Shown here piece by piece: positions 18,925 through 31,800 of a stretch of 64,000 nt of DNA. Made by a program: the position numbers and the translations under genes. The stretch's first letter is position 1. Each line of letters opens with the position of its first letter. The DNA lies in the NCBI GenBank assembly GCA_004431415.1, contig QPMI01000039.1:124001-188000 (forward strand), given 5' to 3'. The notes beneath the pieces were generated by a model that worked only from the letters and a program-made list of their open reading frames with translations, ran no database searches and was not told the origin of the DNA. Source of the stretch: Cyanophora paradoxa CCMP329 (taxonomy: Eukaryota > Plantae > Glaucophyta).

Positions 18925-19770
18925 ATGGGTGAATATAATCGAGTTCAACTTCCAATATATTCCCTTGGATCCCCTGCTATGCACTTTCGCCAGCATGAAG
19001 TAAATGATGAGGTTCGTGGATTAGAATCCACAGAGAGACCCAATTCCAATGGTAACTCCTTTGATAAGAATTCGATTATTCGAGTTAAAGAACTTCGAGC
19101 CGACAAAAACTCAGGTGTGGTTAAAACAACTCGACTTCTTGTGACTAATGCCAACTTCTTTCAACCTACCAATGGAGGCCCTGATGCTTACAGTGTAAAT
19201 CTGAAAGCTCTTGATTTCGATAAAAACACTGCTGCTGCTACAATTCGTTCAGGCGGTGCTTTTATTGGTGGAGGTTGCCGTGTATCCGGTCAACTCTCTT
19301 CATCTGTTTCGTTTAATGATGTCCCTGATACTCTCGATCAAAATGTAGAGAATCCACAGCGTATTAGATTATATACACCTGTTGCACAGCAACCATTTGT
19401 TCAATTTTACGTAGGTTATACAGTTACACTTGCAACCTCTGAACTAATTGAAGGAACCAAAAGAGTAATGAGAGGTCTCGCCATTCCAAACGCCATGCTC
19501 TCTTTATGTAGAGCCAACAACAACCAGCCAGGTCACAGGTACTATTTCAGTGTGCAGGGATATGATCATTTCGGCACAGGCTTCTGTGTTTATAACAATA
19601 ATTTCACTTACGATTTGTTTGTTACAGACATTGGCAAATATACTATAACAATTATCGGTTTGAGAACAGATATAGCAGCTGTTTCAGTTCTCAGAGGTGT
19701 TACTCCTGATACTCTTTCAGTATCAGGGTTTTACCAGGAACCAGATGTGATCGATGACCCCACTCCCTAA
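18925..19770 (+). CDS. Putative spike protein, paralogue 2
   Basis: IIRVKELRADKNSGVVKTTRLLVTNANF...SGGAFIGGGCRVSG shared with paralogues 1 and 3; C-terminus unrelated to C1q. Confidence 0.7.
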   Translation: MGEYNRVQLPIYSLGSPAMHFRQHEVNDEVRGLESTERPNSNGNSFDKNSIIRVKELRADKNSGVVKTTRLLVTNANFFQPTNGGPDAYSVNLKALDFDKNTAAATIRSGGAFIGGGCRVSGQLSSSVSFNDVPDTLDQNVENPQRIRLYTPVAQQPFVQFYVGYTVTLATSELIEGTKRVMRGLAIPNAMLSLCRANNNQPGHRYYFSVQGYDHFGTGFCVYNNNFTYDLFVTDIGKYTITIIGLRTDIAAVSVLRGVTPDTLSVSGFYQEPDVIDDPTP

Positions 19771-19794
19771 AATATATATATATGTTTAATATAA

Positions 19795-20627
19795 ATGGCT
19801 GAACCACCTCCAATTGAGCGTATTGTTACAGCACAGCTTTCATTAGCTGCACCAGCTAACCACGTTCTGCAGCATGCTACTTTCGATGATGTAGAAGGTC
19901 TGCAATCAACAGAGGTTCAACCTACGATGAACACCTTCGGTTCCACCCATAAACTGAGATTGCAGGAACTCAGGTGCGATAAAAATAATGGTATAGTTAA
20001 GACCACGAAATTACTTGTAACTAATGCGAATTTTAGTGCCCATTATGGTGATCCAGACAGTTATGGCGCCCCTCTTTCGACTTATTCTTTCGAGTCTAGG
20101 TCAGGAGCTATTAACTGCAAGACGGGGGAGCATATATTGGTGATGGTTTGCGGGTTGGTGGAGCTGTTGGTGCTCCTCTCTTTGTTAATGATCAACCAAA
20201 CCCTATTGATCCTAACACGAGAATTCGAACCTATTTGCCAAGTATGAATGCACCATATATTATAAAGATCTTCCCAATCGTTGTTAATGAGCAGACATCA
20301 GTAGTTGATTCTCTTGTGGAAATTGGTGACCACTACAAGGTGGTTGTTGATATCCCTCCAGACGTCTACGCTGTTTGTCAAGTAGAGGGTGGAACCCCAA
20401 ACATTGCTGTGGTGATTACTCCATATGATAATTTCGGGATCGCTTATCATGGTGTAAATTTCGGCCTTGAAGACTACCAGTTCTTGGTGAGAGCTACAAA
20501 ATTCGGTATTTATAAATGCATTCTCTATGCAGAAAGAACCGATGCTATCGCAAGGCAGAATACCTATGCGGAGTACTACGGCACTAATAGGTACTTCCCC
20601 ATTTTCGGACAGGATACTGCCCCGTAG
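19795..20627 (+). CDS. Putative spike protein, paralogue 3, split by a 1-nt frameshift at the G5 run 20124-20128
   Basis: LRLQELRCDKNNGIVKTTKLLVTNANF; adding one G restores TGGAYIGDGLRVGG and joins ORFs 19795-20247 and 20148-20627. Confidence 0.75.
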
Positions 20628-20662
20628 AGAATATCCCTAATTATTTGCCGAGGCCTCTGATA

Positions 20663-20908
20663 ATGGCCTCATGTCTTGCAGGGCTGTTTGAGTTGCTACA
20701 TCATTTCCATGCACACTCCCGCTTGCAATCCCAGTGCTGCACAGCGGATCTTGACCTTTCCTTTGGTGGTGATCATGACAGCAACAGCGCCAACCGTGAA
20801 GCTGAACGCGAAGCTCTTCAGCACGCAGAAGATCTAGCACCGCCCGGTGCGCACTACCAGAGGCCCCGGACTCCGTCAATAACGTACCATCTATATCAGG
20901 ATGCTTGA
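20663..20908 (+). CDS. Small hypothetical viral protein with an H.RLQSQCC motif
   Basis: Last ORF before the right TIR; hydrophobic start followed by a di-cysteine motif. Confidence 0.4.
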   Translation: MASCLAGLFELLHHFHAHSRLQSQCCTADLDLSFGGDHDSNSANREAEREALQHAEDLAPPGAHYQRPRTPSITYHLYQDA

Positions 20909-21043
20909 AGGCTCGCTGAGGCGGCCTGGACATCCTTTTTGTTTGCTTTTGAAAAATAAACAGCTAGCCGTTTTGAACAGTCCAGCTGCTGCAGCTCGGA
21001 TAGATCGGAAACACAAACACAAACTACTATCATCGAATCTCGC

Positions 21044-21126
21044 CGAAATTTTTGTTGATAGATCGGAAACACAAACATAAACTACTATCACCGAATCTAA
21101 ATTCCTAACTAAAGCTAGCTTCAAGG
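21044..21126 (-). repeat. Right terminal inverted repeat (part matching the window start)
   Basis: Exact reverse complement of 1-83; preceded by an imperfect tandem copy of its inner unit (20999-21040 vs 21057-21098). Confidence 0.95.
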
Positions 21127-21530
21127 AACATCTAAAGCACACACTAAATAATCACATAGGAGATAGCTGGTAGACCGGCGCATGGGGGGCCGCCTCTCTC
21201 TTCCTGATTTTTCAATAGAAAACTCTCCAAAGTACTCCTATAATACTCCCTCAAAGGGAACAGGGCCGGTGTTGACCCTAGGGTCTAGGGTAGACGTAGA
21301 TCCAGAGAGCTCAAATGAGGGGGCTGGGGACGTAGCTAGGGTGTGTGGGAGGGGCGGGGATCTGGAGAGAGGGTGGGGGTCGGGGGCTGGGCCCACCGCG
21401 GCAACGCAATTTACATTTTTTAACCTGCAGCTGCATTCGAATTCGATTGCACAGCGCATCAAGTGCATCATGATCAGGTGCGCCTCAGGCCTTGCCCAAG
21501 CTGGTTAATCATCAACTATATCCGCTGCGC

Positions 21531-23613
<2,083 letters not shown>

Positions 23614-24397
23614 ACAACGGCGCCGTTGACGTCGACGTCGACGTCGCTTCTGACTTCAAATGATCATAATCATGGGCAGCTCTCTGTGTATACGTATTTT
23701 CCCAGCTCATCAAGATTGTTATCAATGCATCAAAATACTTGACGTATTCTGCATGCATCCAGTCAATTAAATTACAATTGGGGGTCAAGCACAAACTGAG
23801 AGGAATTCCCCGTTTGAATCGTTCGAATTCGAATCGTTTGAATTCGAATCGTTCGAATTCGAACGAGGCGGCTGCACGTTTCATTTTATTTACAGTCTGG
23901 TCATTTGATTTACAGTCCGACGGTCTGGCATCATGGCATGCGCATATCTCATTCCACGGTTGTTCGCATTCAAAAATGATTTTTCTCCGAGACTCTTCAG
24001 GCTTGCTCAATTCCCAGGCTGCCGCGCGCGGCAGCACGTGTATATCTGCAGCACACTGTGACACGTACAAAGACACTGATCATGACTGATCATGAGATCG
24101 AGTCGAAGCGAAGCGATCATGATCATGAGACTCTGAGAGCGGCGAGACGTTCTAGCGATTGCTGCAGCTGTGCGCTCAAAATCGTTATTATGTAACGAAT
24201 TTAATTCGAAGTCGACATCGACTTGCCCACAGAATGCGTCAACGTTGCATTAATATTGCATCCGAGTCACAATTGCGAGCTGCAGACGATCATATGTACA
24301 CATGCACACTCGAGCTGAATCGAAGGGATGCATATCATTGTATGGCGCCGGCCCCGGCCCGCTTGAGCCCAAGCTAAGCTCGAGCTCGAGGGGCTAA

Positions 24398-25422
24398 TTA
24401 TTTATTTATAGTTATAATTAGGCCGTGCCGGTCGCGGGCTGCGCGGCGCTCCCGAAGTTCCCCAGGACCTCCACAGAGGGCGCCGGCCCCGCTGCGACGC
24501 CGGCGGCCGCGGCCGCGGCCGCCGCCACCGATGAGCTCTAGATCTGGACTGAGGGGACCCGAGGCAAACGAATCGGGCGCACTGTTCCAGATGAGGTTGG
24601 CACGGATCTCGCCGTCGGGAATTTTGGGGAAGGCCTCCGTGTGCAGATTGTAGTAGTACTGGTTCGCAGTGATATTCTTGAACTGCTCCGCCGTGATGTC
24701 GATCCGGACCTGCATGAAAATTATCATAATCAGGAGCGCATGCGCATGTAATATTAAATTAAAGGCGATTCGATCGGCCTCTCCCACGCACAGCCGTGAG
24801 CTCTTTCTCCGCAGGCAGGGGGATCTGGATATCGGCGTTCTGAGCATTTCGCACATCATGATTAGTCGACGTCGCGATGGCGATCGCGCAGCATCGGATA
24901 ATAATTTAGGATTCGATCCAGCGGGGGAGGGGGCTTCTTCTTCGAAATTCGCACGTTAAAGACTTGGTGCGGCCCGTGGAGGTGCGAAAAAACGGGATTC
25001 GTCGCCGGCCTGCGCATGGGCGCGATTTTGCGGTCAACGCTAGCGCTGGCACGTTAACGTTGCGCATGCGCGTTCAGCTGCGCATGCAGCGCCAGGGCTT
25101 ACGCCTTCGCGAGGCGCGTCCAGATGAGGCCCACGAAGGCGTCGCCCGATGAGTTCACGACGAGGAGCGCCCGTCCCCACGCCGGCGTGACCACGAACCT
25201 GCGCGGTCGCGCGCGCGGCCCGATCCGATCGAATTTAATTCGCGCCCTGATCGCGAGTTTGAAACGGATGCCGACGCGGGCGCACGGGACTGCCTGGAAG
25301 CCATCGGACACGCCGATGGCGAAGCCTTGGTACGTCCCCCCCGCGGCCGCGGCGCCGGCGGAGGCGGCCGCGAGGCCGGCGCACACCAAGGCGGCGAGCA
25401 GAAGGGCGGAGCGGGGAGCCAT
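24398..25422 (-). CDS. Secreted CHRD-domain protein, multi-exon
   Basis: Signal peptide MAPRSALLLAALVCAGLAAASA; GFQAVP..VVTPAWGRA; YYNLHTEAFP...GEIRANL matches the CHRD signature. Confidence 0.65.
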
Positions 25423-25837
25423 ATTTTGCGATTTTCGCGCGAATTCGATCGACTTCTGCCCGGCGCGCGGAGAAATCGAAATCAGCGCGAATTCTATCGA
25501 AATCGGCGGCGAGCGCGTATACGTAGCGCTATAGCTATAGCTATAGCATGCGCATGCGCAGCCACCGTGTGCATGATTATGCGCGCGACGCCGCGTCGAC
25601 ACACCGGCCGGCTCGGAATTCGAATCTCGAAGCTCGAATTTTAAGAGACGTCGACCGGCGGCGGGATTCCTCGATCTACATTTCCCATGGCCACCCCCTC
25701 TAGATTTCCGATGGGAGCATGCATATGCATTTTGCCACCCTCGCTCGCGGTAGTCTCATGTGCACGCTCCAATCCGAACACACGTGACATTTTGTTTCTC
25801 ATGGCGTGATTTGTCGATCGTGAGCAACAATTGCCGC

Positions 25838-28800
25838 TCAGCCGGCGAAGGCGGCGGGGAGGAGGGAGAGGACCCGCGACTCCAGCGCCCGCGCGCACCG
25901 CCCCGCGTCCGGCGACTGCGGCGGGGCCCCGGAAGCCCCCGCCCCCGCCCCGGATCCCCCCGCCGCGGCCGGCGCGGGGGCCGAGAGGAGCTGCGCCGCG
26001 CGCGAGGCGAGCGGGAGCACTGCGGGGGTCGGCCGGGGGTCATGATCAGGACCGGAAATTCGGCGGAAATTCGAGGCGGAGCGCACCCTCCTCGGCGACC
26101 CAGGCGCGCCACTCGCGCGCGGCGGCCGTCGCGGCGCCCGACCCGACGACGGACGCCACCGGCGCGGCGAGCACGCCCGCCTCGCCCCCCGCCTCGCCCA
26201 TCGGCTGCGGAGCAGTAAGCTTAAGCCTCGTAGCAACCAAATACTGAATCTAGAAATAGATGGGGACCTGGGGTGCGGCGGGGGCGGGGAGGGTGCGGCC
26301 GTAGGCCCCGACGTGGGCGACGAGGAGGCCCGTACCCATCTCCAGCGCCAGCCGCGCCGCGTCCGCCGCCTGCGCGAAGAACTCAGAGCGGGGCGTAGCT
26401 ATCTAGGCGCGGAGGGGTACGGACCTCCTCCTCAAGGGCGGCGGAGGCGGAGGCGGAGGCGGAGGCGGAGTGCGCGTGAGAGCCGTGGCCGTGGCCGTGG
26501 CCGTGGCCGGCGGGGGCCGGGGGCGGGGGCATCGCCTCCGCCTGCGCCCGCTGCTGCTGCGCCTGCACAGCGCCTCAGATCCCGCCGGAAACAGACGCAG
26601 TCGAATGAGGTCTAATACTGTCTCATACTGTAAGGTTAAGAACAGCAGGAGATCTAGCTCCAGACTTTGACTCCGGGAGGGGCCGGGGGGGACGGGGGGG
26701 GGGGGGGGGGGGAGGGGGGGGGACCTGGGAGAGGGCGGCGGCGGCCATCTGCGTCACGGAGAGGAGCAGCCCCAGCGGCGCCTGCGGGGCAGAGAAGCTC
26801 AGGTGAGAGAAGCTCAGGCGAGAATGAAGGGCTGGTCGGAGAAAACAGGGCGGGCCGGGGCGTGGGGGCGGGGCGGGCGGGTGCAGCGCGCCGGGCGGGG
26901 TGAGAGGGAGGGAGGGGACGGGGCGGGCAGGGCGTGGGGGCGGGCGAGGCGGGAGGGGCGGGCGAAGGTAGGAGCTCGATAGAGGAATCTCTAAGAAGGC
27001 TCTGAGAGGGGCGGCGGGCCCGGGGCGTGCGCCCAGGCCAGATGCGAATCTAATCCAGGGGCGACAGGGAGTGACGGGGCGGGCGGGCGGGCGGGCCTGG
27101 CCGTAGGCGAAGCGGGAGGTGGAGAGGGGCCGCGTCTCCGGGGAAAAGGGCAGCGCCGCGAGCTCCCGCGGCCCGGGGCCCTCCGCCACCTCCGGGTACG
27201 CCTGGTACCTGCGCATGCCCCCCGGCGGCTCAGAGGGGGCCGGGGCGTCTAAAAAGTCTAAGAGCATATTCGCTTGGCGAGGCGAGGCGGGGCGGGGCGG
27301 GGCGGGGCGGGCGCGGGCGGACAGGTGGCGGAGGGCGGAGGCGACGAGGCGGAAGAGGGCCGCCCGCCCCCGCGCCGCGTGGTCCTGCGCCGCCGCAGCG
27401 AGCTCAAGGCGGGGCGGGGAGAGGGGGGCCGGGGGGAGCGCACGCGCTCGCCGCCGGTGCCGGCGGGGGCCGCTCGTCCGCGGAGGGGCCCCCACCGCGG
27501 CACCCGAGCGCCGTCGTCGCCTGCGCGCGCGCGGGCCGGCGCGTAAGAGGCCGAGTCGGCTTGGGTTGAGACTGGCTATTGATCATTAATATATTAAGGG
27601 GGGGGGGGGGGGGGGGGTGGGGGGCGGGGGGAGGACCTGGAGGCCGGCCCGGACGAGGGACTGGAGGGCGGAGAGGAACGCCCCGTGCACCGCAGCGCAA
27701 GCCCCGCCCCCTCTGCGCGGCGAAAGAGTAGTCAGAGGTGGCCAGAGTGAGTCAAGCTACGTTGCGCTTAGATTAGAGCAGTCCAGTGTGGTTCGGAGAG
27801 GTTTCGCTCGTTTAGTTCGGTTCAATTCGGTTAAGTAGTCAGTTGTTTGGTTAGAAAGGCTTAGCGCGCCGTCGAGGTGGCCGTGGCGGCGGGGAGAGCC
27901 GAGCGACGCGAGGAGCGCCGCCGCCGCCTCCGACGCCCGCAGCGTCCCGAGGGTCACGCCGCCCCCGCCCGCCGCCTCCGCCGCCAGCGGCGAGAAGAGC
28001 GCCGGGGCCGCCTCCATGAGCCAGCCTGGGTACGGGGTTGAAGGGGGGAGGATTGAGGTAGATATATAGGTGGAGCACGGACGGACCGGCGGCGGGGGCG
28101 GGGGCGGCCGGGGCGATGTGCGCCAGCGCGTCGAGCGCCGCGCACCAGACGCGGTGCGCGGGGGCGCGGCGGGGGGCCCGGGGGCGCGTGCGCGTAGGCG
28201 GCCGGCGGCGTGCCGCGCGGGCCGGCGGGCCGGCGGCCGTCAGCGCGTCCAGGAGGCGCAGGAGGACTTCGCTGGCGCCGTGGGCGGCCAGCGCGGGGTG
28301 CAGGGGCGCCGGGGCCGCCAGCAGCAGCAGGCACGCCGCCTCGGCCTCAGCGTCGGCGGCGGGGTCCGGGGAGGCGGGGGGGTACGAGGCGAGGCGGGCG
28401 AGGGAGGCGGGGATGAGGGCGGGGCGGAGGAGGAGGTCGCAGGATAGGGCGCCGGAGGAGGGGCCGGGGCCCGGGGGGGAGAGGGCCGCCCACTTGGGGC
28501 CACCGAGCGTCCGCACGAGCGCCTGCGCCACGAGCCTGGCGGGCCGCGCGTCGGAGGCGTCAGGATACAGAGGAAGGGCGTCGAGGAAAGGGAAGGATCT
28601 CTAGGCGGGGCGGCCGCACCGGACGTCGCGCTCGAGGGCGTCGCCGGCCGCCTGCGCCGCCCCGCACCCCGCCTCCAGCAGCGCCCTGCGCCAAGGGGGA
28701 AGGATCAGATGGAGGATGCGGACGGAAGAGAAAGCTAGGGGGGGCACCGCGCGGCGGCGGCGAGGTCGGAGGAGGGGGCCGGGGGCGCGGGGGAGCCCGG

Positions 28801-31800
28801 GCCGGCCCGCGCCGCGAGCAGCGCCGCCGTCAGCAGCGGCACCCGCACCGCCCGCAGCTGAAGAGAAAGAGGTAAGAAGGGGAGCAGTAAGAAAGAAATG
28901 CGTGGGTGTGGCTCGCCTGGGGCGGGGCGGCGGGGCCGGCGCCCGGGTGCGAGTGGGCGGCCTCGGAGGCGGCGACGAGGGCGCGCTCGAGGGCGCGCAG
29001 CAGGGGGGGCGACGCAGCCCCGCTCTGCGGAGAAGGCAGGGCCTCAGACGGGCGGGCGGGCGGCTCCTTCAAAGGAGGAGGAGGAGGGGCGAGGCGGGGC
29101 CTCGAAAGGGGCGGGAGGGGCGGAAAGGGAGGGCGCACGGTGCGGCGGACGACCTCGAGGGCGGCGGAGGCGGCCGCCGCCAGCGCGGGGCCCGACGCCG
29201 GCGCCCACATCTCCCCGCCCTCCAGCTGCGGGGGGGTAGAAGAGTGAGGGGGGAAGAGAGAGGAGGGGGGTACGGGTACCGGCTGCAGGAGGGCCCTGGC
29301 CAGCGCGTCGCTCGCGGCGGGCGCCAGCGGCGGCGCCGGCGACCTGCGGGCGGGCGAACGAAGTCAGCGGGGGGGGGGTGGAAGGCAGGGGGGGGGTACG
29401 CGCGTCGGGGTTGGCTTGGCGCAGAGGGCGGCGACGAAGAGGGCCCACTGGGCCCCGAGCGCCGCGCGGGCCTGCGGGGGGTACGTGAGAAGAATACAAA
29501 TAAACAAGAACACCTAAGATAAAAGATACAGAGAATTTGAAAAAATGTCGAGCTATACATAGCGCACCTCGGCGAGGCTGCAGGCGGCGTTGGCGCGCTC
29601 CGCCGCCTCCCGCAGCGCCGTTGCTCCTTTGGGGACGGGGGGCGGCGTCAGAGGGGTACAGAACGAGAGATGAGGGCGAGGGCCGGGGTACCGGGGCCGG
29701 GGCGGGCGGCGAAGGGGGCGCGGGCGGGATCGTAGAGGGGCGCGGGGGCGGGAGGGGGAGGGGCCTGGAGCCTGCCGGCCGCGGAGAGGGCGGACAGGGG
29801 TACCCCGACGGCCTGGCGGGGGAGAAGCGTGAACAGGGGGGGGGGGATCGGCGGCGGGGGGTACCTCTGCGGCGGCCTCGAGACGCGCGAGGGCGGCGGC
29901 GGGGGCGGAGGGGGGTACGAGGCGCAGGGCGCGCCGCGTGAGGGAAACAACGGCCTTCTCCCCCCCCGCCTCCGCCTTGAGAAGCGGCTCCACGGCCTGG
30001 GAAAACAGGCGTGAGTCACGGATTCAGTGATTGAGTCGGCGAGTGAGTGGGTGAATTTTCGTACCGCAGTGACGAGGGCCGCGGGGGGCGCCGGGCGGGA
30101 GGGGCCCCCAGGAGCCAGCTCAGCCGTCAGGACCTGCAAGGGGGAATCGAACGGGGGTACGGGGAGGAGAAGTAGCGGGAGGGGGGTACCTGGAGTGCGC
30201 AGGCGCGGGCGGCGGCGTCGCAGGCGTCGGCGGCCGCCAGGGGCGAGTGGGGCGCCGGCTCCCCCGGGCCCCCGCCCTGAGCAAAAGAAGCGCCTCGAAA
30301 AGGAAGCAAAAGGAAAGGAAAGGAAAGGAAAGGGGGCTGACCTGGAGGGCGCAGGCGGCGAGGGAGGACCAGAAGCCCGGAGCCCCCCGCAGGTGCGCCA
30401 CGACCGGCGCCTGCTCCGCGCCCTGCCGCCCAGGCGCTCAGACGAGAGAAGCAGGAGAGATAAGGGAGATGAGAAGGAGAGAGCGCACCGCGGCCCAGAG
30501 GGCGCGGACGGCGGCGAGGAGGCGGAGGCGGATGGGGGCCGGCAGCGACGCGCAGCGGGCGAGGAGCGGGGGCAGCGCCGCCGCACAGCCCTCCCTGCGG
30601 GCGGGCACGACCGTAAGACCGGGCCGGGCCGGGCGTCTAGCTCAAGAGAAGAGGAAGCGGACTTGGATCCGTCCTTTGCAGAGTCCGAGGCGGAGGCGGA
30701 GGGGGCCGAGGGCCCGTCGCCCGTCGCCATCGGCTCCCGCGGCGCGTTGTAGAGGTAGTCCGCAAGCTCGGGCTGGACGGGGGTACACGGATACACTCAG
30801 CTCGACCGAATCGTTTTTGGGTTGGGGGGGTACAGCGGCACCTGGTGCATGGTGGCATCGTGGAGCAGCTCGAGGGCCGCGGCCAGGCTACCGGCGTCCT
30901 CTGCGGGGGGTACGCTCGCGCCGGAGCCGGGGGTACGAATGGCGAGCGCGGGGGGTACCGGGGCCCTGGGAGGAGAGGTGGGAGGCGACGGCGTGGCGAA
31001 GACCCGCGGCCTGCGGGAAAGGGGGTAAGGCGTTGGGGACGAGCAAGCTGGCAGGGGCATTTGGGGGGGGGGGGGGGGGGAAGGGGTACCTGGTCGCCGA
31101 GGAGGGCGAGGAGAGACGGGGGCGAGCGGGAGGCGCCCCGGGCGAGGCGGGTGAGGGCCGCGAGCACCCGCAGCGTCAGCCGCCCCACCCGCTGCCGAAC
31201 ATAAGGCAAGAAAAGGAAACGAAAGGAAAGGAAAGACAAGGAAAGGAGAGGGGCCACCGGGGTACGGGGCAGGCGGGCGTGGGAGGCGATGGCGGGGAGC
31301 AGCGGGGGCCGCCCCCCCGCCGCCCCCGCGTCGCTCGCGAGGAGCGCCTCCACCAGCGCAGGCGCCCCGGACTCTGCTCGAAGCCGTCAGCGAGGGGGAA
31401 AGAAAGATTCGAAGAGGGTACAGCTACCCGGGGGGAGCGGGGCGGCGAGGGCGGCGAGGAGGGAGAGGCCGGCCTCGACGCAGGCGAGCAGCGCCGCCAG
31501 CGCCGCGTCCGGCACCTGCCGCAAAGGAAAGGGAAGGGTCAGGAGGAAGGCAAAGGAAAGGGCTGTGAGACCGGGGGCGGGGGCCAGCGGGCAGGAGACG
31601 TCGATCCGGCTTAGCGGCCCCCTAGCCGCAGATCTCGAGCTACTAGCTATAGGATACTTACGAGATACTAGCAGACGGCTTGCGCGCAGAGCGTCCGAGA
31701 AGATAGGGAGTTCCCGATCTCGAGCTACTAGCAAGTGGGGGCCGAGGGCCCCGGACTAGGGGCCTAGGATACTATAGGATACTAGGCTACTATGGGCTAC

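Larger units (their letters stand above)
1..21126. mobile_element. Endogenous Polinton-like virus (PLV/Maverick-type dsDNA element), ~21 kb
   Basis: Inverted repeats at both ends; pPolB, rve integrase, A32-like ATPase, capsid-like and penton-like ORFs; dense intron-less AT-richer coding, contrasting sharply with GC-rich host DNA after ~21.3 kb. True termini probably lie slightly outside these coordinates. Confidence 0.95.

Noticed and set aside
17552-20627. Diversity-generating retroelement or shufflon behind the variable heads
   Set aside because: No reverse transcriptase or site-specific invertase, no template/variable repeat pair, and no inverted crossover sites seen; similarity is at protein level.
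1-21126. Canonical Polinton adenain-like protease gene; bacterial prophage or contamination
   Set aside because: No ORF with a recognisable adenain catalytic pattern. Core genes are of eukaryotic PLV type, with no terminase or portal.
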